Below, piece by piece: positions 1 to 14,472 of a stretch of DNA of 64,000 nt. Under the pieces are notes generated by a model. It was given only the letters and a program-made list of their open reading frames with translations, made no database searches and was not told the DNA's origin. Each line of letters opens with the position of its first letter. Position 1 is the stretch's first letter. This stretch comes from Acidimicrobiia bacterium (GTDB lineage Bacteria; Actinomycetota; Acidimicrobiia; Acidimicrobiales; MedAcidi-G1), in assembly GCA_012961035.1 (NCBI GenBank), contig DUAC01000093.1, positions 48,552 to 112,551 of the forward strand, read 5' to 3'. Both the position numbers and the translations under genes were made by a program.

Positions 1-2
1 CC

Positions 3-800
3 GTCGCCGTGGTGGCGGCCGCCGTGGCCATTGCCAACCCCGTCGCCTGGGTGGTGGCCTTCCTCCTGATGCCGGTGGCGCAGAACCGCCTGTTCATCCT
101 CCACCACGAGGCCGCCCACCGGGTCCTGTTCTCGAACCGTCGGGTCAATGACCTGGTCGGCATCAGGCTCATCGGCTGGCTGACCTTCGGCACCGGCGGC
201 CACGGCTACCGGATCGGCCACATCAGACACCATCGTGACGAGTTCGGACCCGGCGAACCGGACTTCATCCTCTACTCGCAGTACCCGATCACCCGCACCT
301 CGATGCGTCGCAAGCACCGCCGCGACCTGACCGGGGTGTCGGCGTTCCGGATCGTGCGGCCCCGGTTCCAACGACTGGGAGAGGCCCGCCACCGTCGCCT
401 CACCTACATGTTCCTGTCGGGACAGGCAATCGTGTTCGCAGCCTTCTGGTCGGCCGGACAGCCATGGTTGTACCTCGGGCTATGGGTGCTCCCGTGGGCG
501 ACGCTGTACCAGGTGCTGAACCGGCTCCGGGCCATCGCCGAGCACGCCGGCATGACCCGATCCGAGGATCGGCGTCGGACCACCCACCACGTCAGGCAGT
601 CGCTCGTCGCCCGCCTGGTGCTGACGCCGATCGGTGTGGGCTACCACCTGGCCCACCATGCCGACATGACCGTCCCGTACCGCAACCTGCCACGCCTGCA
701 CGCCGCCCTCGTCGAGGACGGCTACGTCGGCGACCTGGAGTGGCCCACCTACCGGGCGCTCTGGCGGGCCCTTCGCTCAGCCGAACCCGTCGCTGCCTGA
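3..800 (+). CDS. Fatty acid desaturase family membrane protein, 5' end outside window
   Basis: ORF 9..800 carries the three desaturase His boxes (HHEAAH, HIRHH, HLAHH). The frame stays open to the window edge and the first box is only ~30 aa in, so the N-terminus is probably missing. Confidence 0.8.
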   Translation, partial: VAVVAAAVAIANPVAWVVAFLLMPVAQNRLFILHHEAAHRVLFSNRRVNDLVGIRLIGWLTFGTGGHGYRIGHIRHHRDEFGPGEPDFILYSQYPITRTSMRRKHRRDLTGVSAFRIVRPRFQRLGEARHRRLTYMFLSGQAIVFAAFWSAGQPWLYLGLWVLPWATLYQVLNRLRAIAEHAGMTRSEDRRRTTHHVRQSLVARLVLTPIGVGYHLAHHADMTVPYRNLPRLHAALVEDGYVGDLEWPTYRALWRALRSAEPVAA

Positions 801-829
801 GATCCGCGGCCCCTGATGGGGCCGCCGGC

Positions 830-1111
830 TCACATCTCGACGACGCCCACCACGTCCAGGTTCCGGTAGGTGGTGCCGTCCGGAGCGTTCTCGGCACCCT
901 CCTGGGTGACCTCCTGCTCGTCGTTGACCTTGGCCGACTCCCAGGAGTCGAACTCGGCGATGGCCACGATCACGCCCGGCTTGTCACGGTCGCTGCACAC
1001 GGTGACCCGTCGGACGGTGATCTCGTCACCGGCCTGCTCGGCGTATCCCCGGATCTCGGCCAGCGCCTCACCCGGGTCCTGCTCGTACTCCATGATCTGG
1101 ATGAACCGCAT
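830..1111 (-). CDS. Small hypothetical protein (93 aa)
   Basis: ORF 830..1171. Internal ATG at 1111 (MRFIQIMEYE...) has GAAGGG 7 nt upstream. Composition is balanced, unlike the Arg/Pro-rich off-frame ORFs. No family recognised. Confidence 0.5.
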   Translation of the reverse strand: MRFIQIMEYEQDPGEALAEIRGYAEQAGDEITVRRVTVCSDRDKPGVIVAIAEFDSWESAKVNDEQEVTQEGAENAPDGTTYRNLDVVGVVEM

Positions 1112-1238
1112 GGCCGTGCCCTTCGTTCTTCCGACGGGCCGGTCCCGATCGGGGATCCGAGGTTCCCTCACGGGGGGGGTCGGCGCAACCTGGCCACTCA
1201 GGACCTCCCGGCCGGACCTCCGAGGCCCGGCACGGGGG

Positions 1239-2036
1239 TCAGGTCAGGTTGCGGAGCACCTCGGTCAGGCCGCCGGCCAGGCCGGTCACCTCGGACTCCT
1301 CGGCATCGCCCCCACCCAGCAGCGCCACCAACTCGGATGTCCGCTCCCCCAGGGCGTTCCACAACTGGCCGTCTATGCCGAACGGGGGCCGGTGCTCCAC
1401 CAGCACCGGGACCACCCGGATGAGCTGCTCGATGCCCGCGAGGTCCCGGGCGTCCTTACGGAGCCGGTCACACGCCACGAACATGTCACTGAGCAGCCTG
1501 TTGGCGCCCAGGCCCTCCAGTTCCGGGCGCTCGTCGGCTCCGGCCTGGAACGCATCCAGTGCTGACTCCACCGACTCCTCGTCGGCCACCAGCACCAGGA
1601 GGTCGCCCTCGGCGTCGAACTCGTGGGGGATCCCCAGGCGACCCAGCAACTCGCCGAACGCCGACTGCTCGTCGGCCGCCCAGCCACCCATCTCGTATGC
1701 CAGCTTCTCGGCGTCGGGATCCAGCGCCGGACCACCCGCATCGTCGGCCTCGGCGACGGCCAGGTCCACGGCCTCCTCGTCAGCCACCCTCACCACCAGG
1801 GTTGCGCCCTGCCAGGCATGGGCGATGCCACCTGCAGTCAGGAGCTGGTCCAGGATCCGACGGCTCTCCCCCGCCCACTCGTGCAGCTCGTAGGCCAGCT
1901 GGTCCTCGTCGCTGGCGCCCACGTCGGTCGCATCGGCCGGCGCCTCGTCAACGAGGGCCACCCCGCACTCCACACAGTCCTCCACGCCCATCGAGTACTG
2001 GATCCCGCACTGGAAGCACCATGACATGTCGGCCAT
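1239..2036 (-). CDS. Hypothetical protein with N-terminal zinc-ribbon (CFQCG...CVECG) and two tandem ~55-aa internal repeats
   Basis: ORF 1239..2108, start taken at ATG 2036 ([11 protein letters not shown]). Has a CxxC-x13-CxxC motif. The repeated segments begin [12 protein letters not shown]... and [12 protein letters not shown]... Confidence 0.6.
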   Translation of the reverse strand: MADMSWCFQCGIQYSMGVEDCVECGVALVDEAPADATDVGASDEDQLAYELHEWAGESRRILDQLLTAGGIAHAWQGATLVVRVADEEAVDLAVAEADDAGGPALDPDAEKLAYEMGGWAADEQSAFGELLGRLGIPHEFDAEGDLLVLVADEESVESALDAFQAGADERPELEGLGANRLLSDMFVACDRLRKDARDLAGIEQLIRVVPVLVEHRPPFGIDGQLWNALGERTSELVALLGGGDAEESEVTGLAGGLTEVLRNLT

Positions 2037-2113
2037 CCTGCCACCGCCCGGCGCCAAGCAGGACCACGGCGCCCGGGACCGGCGCCCCGCTGACGGGGCT
2101 AGGTTCACCCTCC

Positions 2114-3103
2114 ATGACCGCCAACGCCCAGGTACCCGACCGCAACCTCGCCCTCGACCTCTGCAGGGTCACCGAGGCTGCCGCACTGGCCGCCTCCAGG
2201 TGGATGGGCCGGGGCGACAAGGAGGGGGCCGACGCCGCCGCCGTGGACGCCATGCGCCACGTCCTGGACACCGTCACCATGGACGGCGTCGTGATCATCG
2301 GGGAGGGCGAGAAGGACGAGGCGCCGATGCTCTTCAACGGCGAGCGCATCGGCAACGGGCAACCGCCGGCCGCCGACATCGCCGTGGACCCCATCGACGG
2401 CACCACCCTGACGTCACTGGGAAGGGCCAACGCCATAGCCGTGATCGCCGTGAGCGACCGCGGCACCATGTTCGACCCGGGTCCGTGCGTCTACATGGAG
2501 AAGATCGCCGTCGGCCCACAGTGCGCCGACGTGATCGACATCACCGAGTCGGTCACGGAGAACCTGCGGCGCATCGCGGAGGCCAAGAACGAGGACGTCC
2601 GGGACCTCACAGCGGTGATCCTGGATCGGGACCGCCACGCGGAGCTCATAGACGAGGTGAGGGCGGCCGGTGCGCGCATCCGGCTGATCCCCGACGGCGA
2701 CGTGGCCGGTGCCATCTCCTCGGCATGGCCCGACTCCGGAGCCGACGTGCTGTTCGGCATAGGCGGCACGCCGGAGGGCGTCATCTCGGCCGCCGCCCTG
2801 AAGTGCATGGGGGGTGCGATCCAGGGCCGCCTCTGGCCCCGCAACGAGGCCGAACGCAACGCCGCGGTGGAGGCCGGCTACGACCTGAACCGGGTCCTGA
2901 CCACCGACGACCTCGTGGCAGGCGACAACTGCTTCTTCTCAGCCACGGGGATCACCGACGGCGACCTGGTGAAGGGCGTGCACTACTCCTCGGGATCGGC
3001 GCACACCCAGTCGCTGGTCATGCGCTCACGGTCCGGCACGGTGCGCATGATCGATGCACACCACGCCCTGGACAAGCTGGAGGCGTTCTCGCCGGTCTAC
3101 TGA
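2114..3103 (+). CDS. glpX: Fructose-1,6-bisphosphatase class II (GlpX)
   Basis: C-terminal 329 aa of ORF 1559..3103, from ATG 2114. [44 protein letters not shown] and DPIDGTT match the GlpX family. The upstream part of the ORF is Arg/Pro-rich off-frame read-through. Confidence 0.93.
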   Translation: MTANAQVPDRNLALDLCRVTEAAALAASRWMGRGDKEGADAAAVDAMRHVLDTVTMDGVVIIGEGEKDEAPMLFNGERIGNGQPPAADIAVDPIDGTTLTSLGRANAIAVIAVSDRGTMFDPGPCVYMEKIAVGPQCADVIDITESVTENLRRIAEAKNEDVRDLTAVILDRDRHAELIDEVRAAGARIRLIPDGDVAGAISSAWPDSGADVLFGIGGTPEGVISAAALKCMGGAIQGRLWPRNEAERNAAVEAGYDLNRVLTTDDLVAGDNCFFSATGITDGDLVKGVHYSSGSAHTQSLVMRSRSGTVRMIDAHHALDKLEAFSPVY

Positions 3104-3131
3104 GGCCTGACGGCCGGGGCACTCAGGCCTC
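3102..3131. terminator. Candidate bidirectional hairpin between convergent glpX and atpC
   Basis: Perfect 9-bp inverted repeat GAGGCCTGA (3102-3110) / TCAGGCCTC (3123-3131) with a 12-nt loop. The arms overlap both stop codons. No U-tract. Confidence 0.35.
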
Positions 3132-3521
3132 GGCGCCGGCCACCCGGAGGCGCAACTCGGCACGGGCCAGGGCCCCTGCCGCATCGGCGTCCTCCTTGTC
3201 GGCCGCAAGCGCGGCCTCGGCGCTGGACTTGGCCGCACGGGCACGCTCGACGTCGATCTGGTCGGCGGACTCGGACACGTCCGAGAGGATGCTCACCTTC
3301 GTGCCGACCACCTGGACGAAGCCCTGGTGGACGGCGATGGTGTCACGGTCCCCGTCGGGGCGGATCACGTCCACGGACCAGACCGCCAGCACGCCGATGA
3401 ACGGCACGTGACCGGGCTGGAAGGCGATGTCGCCCCCATCCAGGGTCCGGGCGACGACCATCTCGGCCTCGCCGCTGTATGAGATGGACTCGGGCGAGAC
3501 CAGCTCGATCTGGAACGTCAT
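3123..3521 (-). CDS. atpC: F1 ATP synthase epsilon subunit
   Basis: 132 aa, last gene of the atp operon directly after atpD. N-terminal beta-sandwich-like sequence MTFQIELVSPE...GHVPFIG. Confidence 0.93.
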   Translation of the reverse strand: MTFQIELVSPESISYSGEAEMVVARTLDGGDIAFQPGHVPFIGVLAVWSVDVIRPDGDRDTIAVHQGFVQVVGTKVSILSDVSESADQIDVERARAAKSSAEAALAADKEDADAAGALARAELRLRVAGAEA

Positions 3522-3529
3522 CGTCGCTA

Positions 3530-5928
<2,399 letters not shown>

Positions 5929-6009
5929 GCGACGCTCCCGTCATCGAGGGGGCACCCGTCCCAGGGACGGAACCAGGGGCCACAAGGCCCTGTAGACAGG
6001 TCAGCGGGT

Positions 6010-7629
<1,620 letters not shown>

Positions 7630-7659
7630 GGTGTGTCTCTCTCGTCTCTGGCCCGTGGC

Positions 7660-8190
7660 CTAGCGAAAGCTCTCGCGGAGCTGGTTGAGGCGGCGTCGGA
7701 CGCTGCCGTCGATGATGTCATCGCCGATTTCAGTGACCACCCCGCCGAGCACGGACGGATCGATGACCACCCTCACCTCGACGTCGCGACCGGTCCGGGT
7801 GTTGATGGCGGCGGCAAGGCGCTCGCTCTGGTCGGCGGTCAGGTCGACCGCGCTTCGAACGGTCGCAACCGTCTTGTTGCGGGAGGCCGCACCACGTTCG
7901 ACCATGGCATCCACGATGGCGGGCAGCTCGGCGGCGCGTCCTGCACCGACCACCATCGAAACCAGTGCCGTGGTCACGGCAGAGGCCCTGGAGCCCAACA
8001 GGTCCTCGATGACCTGTAGGCGGCGGGCCAACGGCAGACCGGTATCGGCCAGGGTGGAACCCAGGTCGTCGTCGGATCGGAGCGCCTGGGCGAACCTGAA
8101 CAGCTCGTCCTCGACGACGGAGGAATCACCCTCGGCCGCCGCCACGGCGAACAACGCCTCGGCGTATCCAGCCACCCTGGGATCAGCCAT
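7660..8190 (-). CDS. atpH: F1 ATP synthase delta (OSCP) subunit
   Basis: ORF 7660..8397, start taken at ATG 8190 (MADPRVAGYAEALF...), which overlaps the atpF stop by 8 nt. Lies between atpF and atpA. 176 aa. Confidence 0.85.
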   Translation of the reverse strand: MADPRVAGYAEALFAVAAAEGDSSVVEDELFRFAQALRSDDDLGSTLADTGLPLARRLQVIEDLLGSRASAVTTALVSMVVGAGRAAELPAIVDAMVERGAASRNKTVATVRSAVDLTADQSERLAAAINTRTGRDVEVRVVIDPSVLGGVVTEIGDDIIDGSVRRRLNQLRESFR

Positions 8191-8908
8191 CGGTGCCGGC
8201 CACCTCGTCGATGTAGGCGTCGATGAGCCGGCCCTGGACCTCTGCATCGAGGCTGGCGTGGACCACGCGCTCGGCGGCACCGAGGGCGATTCCGGCCACT
8301 TCGGCCCGAAGGTCGGAGATTGCCTGTGCCGTGGCTGCCGCGGATTCCGAGGCAGCACGCTCGCGGATCCCCGCTGCGTCGACCTCGGCCTGGGCAATCA
8401 GGCCGGTACGAACCTGATCGGCGTCGGCACGGCCCTCGTCGATCAGCCGGGAGGCCTCGGTCTTGGCATCGGCCAGCCGTGCCTCGTAGTCGGACTGGAC
8501 GGACTGTGCGTCCACCCTGGCCTGCTCGGCGGCGTCAAGGTCGCTCCGGATCTTCTCGGCCCGGGCGTCCATGGCACCCCTCACGGCCGGGAAGCCCTTC
8601 TTGACCATCAGGACGAAGAGGATCAGGAAGGCGGAGCCGCCCCAGATGATCTCGTTCGTCTCGGGCAGGATCGGGCTGGGTGCCTCGATGCACTTCTTCT
8701 CGAAGTGGTCACCGATAGAGGTGTCCACGTGCAGCTCGTGCAGGACCTCGTCGAGGTCACCGTGGCTCTCCTCGATGAGTTCTTCGAGCTTCTCGGCAAT
8801 ACAGGAGCCCACGCTCTCCCCTGAGGCGGATGCCGGGCCTGCGAAGGCCAGGAGCGCCAGGAGGGCGAGTAGCGGGGCCGCCAGCAGGCGGGTCCGTCGG
8901 TTGGTCAT
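8183..8908 (-). CDS. atpF: Fo ATP synthase b subunit with ~77-aa N-terminal extension (signal-peptide-like plus acidic segment)
   Basis: 241 aa. The canonical b part starts near ILPETNEIIWGGSAFLILFVLMVKKGF, followed by a long Ala/Glu/Arg-rich helix. ATG 8908 is only 33 nt after the atpE stop. Confidence 0.85.
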   Translation of the reverse strand: MTNRRTRLLAAPLLALLALLAFAGPASASGESVGSCIAEKLEELIEESHGDLDEVLHELHVDTSIGDHFEKKCIEAPSPILPETNEIIWGGSAFLILFVLMVKKGFPAVRGAMDARAEKIRSDLDAAEQARVDAQSVQSDYEARLADAKTEASRLIDEGRADADQVRTGLIAQAEVDAAGIRERAASESAAATAQAISDLRAEVAGIALGAAERVVHASLDAEVQGRLIDAYIDEVAGTDG

Positions 8909-8941
8909 TGGTTCTTCTCGTCTCTGCTCGTCAGGCCCGGA

Positions 8942-10086
<1,145 letters not shown>

Positions 10087-10109
10087 GTGGAGCGCTTCTC
10101 CTGTGGGAT

Positions 10110-10559
10110 CTACTGCGGAGGCCTGAGACCGGGAGCGGCGAGCGTCATTGCGACGTGCCGGGATTCCCAGGTCAAGAGGCCGAGATGGGTGACGAGCAGG
10201 GTGATTGCGAACGGGACGGTGGCGAGCCATCCGCCGGCCTTGACGACCAGCACCACGGCGGTCATGAGGCCGAGCCTCACGATGTAGCCGCCCAGGACCG
10301 CACCGAACAGGGCGTTCAGCGAGATCTGCGATGCACGCGTGATGATGGCCGCACCGAGGCGGAAGTTGACGGCCACTAGCGCCAGGCTGAGGGCTGCCGA
10401 GAAGAGCCCGGTCGTGCCCCAACCCAGCAGGCCCATCAGGAGGAATGCCGGCGCCACGTAGAGCGCCCGACGGACCAGGTCGCGGGCGATGGCCGATTCA
10501 GGGGCGTCGGATTCCACGTTCGCGTTGGTGCTCACAGTGGGGATCCCTCGGCCCGCCAT
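10110..10559 (-). CDS. atpI: AtpI-like small membrane protein preceding atpB
   Basis: 149 aa with 4 predicted TM helices, immediately upstream of atpB as in other atp operons. Alternative GTG start at 10535 would give a GTGA overlap with the upstream gene's stop. Confidence 0.65.
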   Translation of the reverse strand: MAGRGIPTVSTNANVESDAPESAIARDLVRRALYVAPAFLLMGLLGWGTTGLFSAALSLALVAVNFRLGAAIITRASQISLNALFGAVLGGYIVRLGLMTAVVLVVKAGGWLATVPFAITLLVTHLGLLTWESRHVAMTLAAPGLRPPQ

Positions 10560-10801
10560 GCATCGTGCCGTACCACGCGGGCCCGCTCCAGGCTCTCGCC
10601 ATAGTCGTGGGCCAGGCGCCAGGACGCATAGGCGAGGGCGATCACGACGAAGGCGACGGTGAAGATCGGTGCGGTACCCATGCGGCCGTCCAGGAGCCAG
10701 CCCAGGAAGCCGAAGATGGCAGGCGTCGCTACGAGCTCGAAGGCGGCGGCGAATGCGTCGCCTGAACCCTCTCGCATCTCACGCGTTCTGGCCTTCGCCA
10801 T
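10532..10801 (-). CDS. AtpZ/AtpI-family small membrane protein
   Basis: ORF 10532..10918, start at ATG 10801 (MAKARTREM...). 89 aa with two hydrophobic helices. Lies between wecA and the atpI-like gene. Confidence 0.6.
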   Translation of the reverse strand: MAKARTREMREGSGDAFAAAFELVATPAIFGFLGWLLDGRMGTAPIFTVAFVVIALAYASWRLAHDYGESLERARVVRHDAWRAEGSPL

Positions 10802-10892
10802 CGGGAAAGTCCTCCGCCAGCGGGCGCCACAGGGCCCGCGGTCATCGTAGGTGGTCGTCCGGTGGGGATGGCCCCCGAACGCGCTTGTGAAT

Positions 10893-12041
10893 CTAATCAC
10901 CAACTCCCCCTCCGGCAACCCCTGAATCGGTCACACCAGCCGGCGACGCCCGGAGGCGCGGATGCAGCACCGTGAAGAGGAGCAGCCCCAGGGCCAGCAC
11001 CCCGATCGGCACGATGGCATCACCGTTACCCGAATAGGTGGGCCAGAGCACGAAGCCCGAGAGGAGGGCCGTCCAGCCCCAGAGGATCAGCACGGCCCGG
11101 CGATGGCCATGGCCCAGGCGCAGGAGGCGGTGGTGGAGGTGCTCCTTGTCGGCGTCGGTGACCCGCAGGCCCGGCGTGGCCACCCGGCGGAAGACGGCGA
11201 ACGCCATGTCCAACAGCGGCACCCCGAGGATCACGACGGGTATGAACACCGGTGCGAAGAAGAAGAACGACTGGCCGCTGTAGGCCGCCTCGGTCCGACC
11301 ACCCACCGACACCGTGGCGGCCGCCATCAGCAGTCCCAGGAGCAGGGCGCCACCGTCTCCCATGAAGATCCGTGCCGGATGCACGTTGTGTGGCAGGAAC
11401 CCGACGCAGATCCCGACCACGATGACGGCCAGCACCGACCCCGGGTTGCCATCGAAGAGCAGGCCCTCGTCACCCAGGCGCAGGGCATAGAGGAAGAAGG
11501 TGGCAGCGGCGATCGCCACGATGCCGGCCGCCAGGCCATCCAGCCCGTCGATCAGGTTCAGGGCGTTGGCCAGGAGAACCACCCACACCACGGTGAGCAG
11601 GGCCGACAGGTCCGGTGAGAGCAGCACCACGTCCAGGAACGGGATACGCAGTACGACCAGCGACACGCCGGACAGCGACAGCACACTGCCGGAGAGCACC
11701 ATCCCAGCCACCTTGGCCGGTGCCGAGACGGGTCGAACGTCGTCGATCACCCCGACGGCGCAGATGACCACCGCAGCCGCGACCACGCCCACCATCTCCG
11801 ATGGAGCGGCGAACACCTCGGCGAAGTCGCCCACCAGCCAGGCGGCCAGAACCCCCGCCAGCAGGCCGAGGAGCATGGCCGGCCCACCGAGACGCGGGGT
11901 GGGGGCGGTATGGACGTCGCGTTCGCCGGGGGCGACCAGCAGGCCGGAGCCCACGGCGAAGCGTCGGGCCAGAGGGGTGGCGGTAGCGGTGACCACTGCC
12001 GCCACGGCTGCCACGATCAGGTGGGGGACCACGCCGGGCAT
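10893..12041 (-). CDS. wecA: MraY/WecA-family polyprenyl-phosphate N-acetylhexosamine-1-phosphate transferase
   Basis: 382 aa polytopic membrane protein with the NLIDGLDGLAAG motif. Its position upstream of the atp operon mirrors the mycobacterial rfe/wecA arrangement. Confidence 0.85.
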   Translation of the reverse strand: MPGVVPHLIVAAVAAVVTATATPLARRFAVGSGLLVAPGERDVHTAPTPRLGGPAMLLGLLAGVLAAWLVGDFAEVFAAPSEMVGVVAAAVVICAVGVIDDVRPVSAPAKVAGMVLSGSVLSLSGVSLVVLRIPFLDVVLLSPDLSALLTVVWVVLLANALNLIDGLDGLAAGIVAIAAATFFLYALRLGDEGLLFDGNPGSVLAVIVVGICVGFLPHNVHPARIFMGDGGALLLGLLMAAATVSVGGRTEAAYSGQSFFFFAPVFIPVVILGVPLLDMAFAVFRRVATPGLRVTDADKEHLHHRLLRLGHGHRRAVLILWGWTALLSGFVLWPTYSGNGDAIVPIGVLALGLLLFTVLHPRLRASPAGVTDSGVAGGGVGD

Positions 12042-12087
12042 GTCGGTCAGGCTCCGGGATCCAGCACCGAGCGGCCCTCGGCCCCGC

Positions 12088-13332
12088 TCAGCCCCCGTAC
12101 ACGGGGAACCGGGCGCAGAGGGCGTTCACGTCAGCCCGTACCGCTGCGACGACAGAATCGTCATCGCGCCCCTGGAGCGTCCTGGCGATCAGGTCGGCTA
12201 TCTGGACCATCTCGGGTTCGGCCATCCCCTGGGTGGTCGTCGACGGGGTTCCGATGCGAACGCCGCTGGTCACGAACGGCGAGCGCGGATCATCCGGAAC
12301 CGTGTTCTTGTTCAACGTGATTCCGGCCCGGTCCAGCACCGTCTGGGCCACGGCGCCGGTCAACTCGGCGTCGAACGTGCGGAGGTCCACGACCATCAGG
12401 TGGTTGTCGGTACCACCAGTGACCAGGCGGAAGCCATGGCCGACCAGGGCAGAGGCCAGCGCCGAGGCGTTGGCCACGATCTGGCGGGCGTAGTCGGCGA
12501 ACGACGGATCGGCCGCCTCCCGGAACGCCACGGCCTTGGCGGCGATGTGGTGTTCCAGCGGGCCACCCTGCGAGCCGGGGAAGACCGCCTTGTCGATCAC
12601 CGCCGCGTACTCCTCACGGGTGAGGATGCACCCGCCGCGTGGGCCACGGAGGGTCTTGTGCGTGGTGAACGTCACGATGTCGCAGTGCGGCACCGGGTTG
12701 GGGTGCACCCCTCCGGCGATGAGCCCGGCGATGTGGGCGGCGTCGAACATGAGCACGGCGCCGACCTCGTCGGCGATGTCGCGCAGCGGGGCCGGCTGGA
12801 TGATCCGCGGGTACGCCGTGGCACCGGCCACGATCATCTTCGGACGGGCCGCCCTGGCGGTGTCGCGAAGCTCGTCCATGTCGATGCGCTCGTCGCTGCC
12901 GGACAGGCCGTACGAGACGAAGTTGTAGAGCTTGCCGCTGGCGTTCACCGGCGAGCCGTGGGTGAGGTGACCGCCGTGGTCGAGGCTGAGGCCCAGGACG
13001 GTGTCGCCGGGCTCCAGGAGTGCCTGGTAGACGGCCATGTTGGCGTTCGCACCGGAGTGGGGCTGGACGTTGGCGTGGTCGGCACCGAACAGGGCCTTGA
13101 CGCGCTCGCGTGCCAGGTCCTCGACCTCGTCCACGTGGATGTTCCCGCCGTAGTAGCGCTTTCCCGGGTAGCCCTCCGCGTACTTGTTGGTCAGGACCGA
13201 ACCGCTGGCCTCCAGTACGGCCGGCGAGGCGAAGTTCTCGGATGCGATCAGCTGCAGCGTGGTGTTCTGCCGCTCCAGTTCGTTCTGGACGTGGCCGAAG
13301 AGCTCGTCGTCACGGGAGGTGGGCCAGGGCAT
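12088..13332 (-). CDS. glyA: Serine hydroxymethyltransferase
   Basis: ORF 12088..13386. Start at ATG 13332 gives the typical N-terminus ...[32 protein letters not shown]-lysine motif present. Confidence 0.96.
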   Translation of the reverse strand: MPWPTSRDDELFGHVQNELERQNTTLQLIASENFASPAVLEASGSVLTNKYAEGYPGKRYYGGNIHVDEVEDLARERVKALFGADHANVQPHSGANANMAVYQALLEPGDTVLGLSLDHGGHLTHGSPVNASGKLYNFVSYGLSGSDERIDMDELRDTARAARPKMIVAGATAYPRIIQPAPLRDIADEVGAVLMFDAAHIAGLIAGGVHPNPVPHCDIVTFTTHKTLRGPRGGCILTREEYAAVIDKAVFPGSQGGPLEHHIAAKAVAFREAADPSFADYARQIVANASALASALVGHGFRLVTGGTDNHLMVVDLRTFDAELTGAVAQTVLDRAGITLNKNTVPDDPRSPFVTSGVRIGTPSTTTQGMAEPEMVQIADLIARTLQGRDDDSVVAAVRADVNALCARFPVYGG

Positions 13333-13483
13333 GGGAACCGCCAGAGGTTCGGGGCGAATGTCGCAGGTTGGTCTGGTCTGGTGCACCGCGGCACCATCGG
13401 CCTGACGCCTATGGCGACCGGAGTCGCGCCGGGAGACTACCCGTCACGACCCTGCCACGTCATCGGCTCCGACCTGCGGCGGG

Positions 13484-14359
13484 TCAGCCGTCGAGGAGGG
13501 CGGCGGCCAGAGCGTCCACGGCGGCATCGGGCGATGCCCCGGAGCGCCGGGCCACGACCAGGCGCCGCACGCCGATGGGCAGCCGTCTGACCCGTGCCAG
13601 TGGTTCCATCCCGGCGCCGGCCTGGGCCTCGGGGAGCACGGCCCACCCCATGCCGAGGCGGACCATCTCGCGGAGCACGTCCGGCTGGTTGGACTCGGCG
13701 ACCACCTCGAACGGTGCGCCGACCGCCCTCAGGCCGGCGGCGATGACGGCTCTCGTGTGGGACCCGTCCGGGTAGGTGACCCACGGCCCCCAGGTCTCGG
13801 GGTCTCCGCCGGCGGCACCGTCAGGGGCGTATGCGTGCAGGGGTTCCTCCAGGCAGAGGACGGTGTCGATGCCGTCGGGTGGGCTGGCGGGCTCGACGCA
13901 GACCACCAGGTCCAGGTCGCCCACGCGCAACGAGTCCAGGAGTGCTCCGGAGGGGGCCACGGTGAGCCTCAGGTCCAGGCCGGGGCTGACACGCCGGTGG
14001 TGACGGATCGTGGCGCCCCGATGGTGGATCGCCACGGCGTCGATGGTGCCGAGCCTCACCGTGCCGGCGGTGCCCGTACGTCGGGTCTCGGCCCAGCGGG
14101 CCAGGTCCCTGGTCTCGGCCACGACCCGGCGGGCGTGGGCCAGGACCTCGGTGGCCTGGGGTCGGAGCCTGGTCTGGCGGCCCTGGCGTTCGAACAGCGG
14201 CACGCCGACCCGTCTCTCCAGCTCGGCGAGGCCCTGGGTGAGGGCCGACGGCGTCACGCCCAGCCCCCTGGCGGCCGCCGCCCGGGTAGGAGATGCCGCT
14301 GCCGCCACCAGGTACTCCAACTGTTGGACGGTCAGGTTCGGAAGCCTCGGATCGGCCAT
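13484..14359 (-). CDS. LysR-family transcriptional regulator
   Basis: 291 aa. N-terminal wHTH LTVQQLEYLVAAA...GVTPSALTQGLAELERRVGVPLFERQGR. Divergent from the inositol-3-phosphate synthase gene. Confidence 0.85.
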   Translation of the reverse strand: MADPRLPNLTVQQLEYLVAAAASPTRAAAARGLGVTPSALTQGLAELERRVGVPLFERQGRQTRLRPQATEVLAHARRVVAETRDLARWAETRRTGTAGTVRLGTIDAVAIHHRGATIRHHRRVSPGLDLRLTVAPSGALLDSLRVGDLDLVVCVEPASPPDGIDTVLCLEEPLHAYAPDGAAGGDPETWGPWVTYPDGSHTRAVIAAGLRAVGAPFEVVAESNQPDVLREMVRLGMGWAVLPEAQAGAGMEPLARVRRLPIGVRRLVVARRSGASPDAAVDALAAALLDG

Positions 14360-14472
14360 TGAAGGGGCCCCTCGTCGGGTGGCTGGAGCGGTACTTGAAG
14401 CGCGCTGATACTGAGTTAAGTCTTTCTGAATCTTAGCTACTGATCATTCGGATGTGCTTATCCTAAACCTCC
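14360..14472. promoter_or_regulatory. Divergent promoter/operator region between the LysR gene and ino1
   Basis: The most AT-rich stretch I saw in the window (tgatactgagttaagtctttctgaatcttagctactgatcattcggatgtgcttatcctaaacc). Contains a TGATCA palindrome and thrice-repeated CTGA. Geometry is the usual LysR divergent arrangement. Confidence 0.4.
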
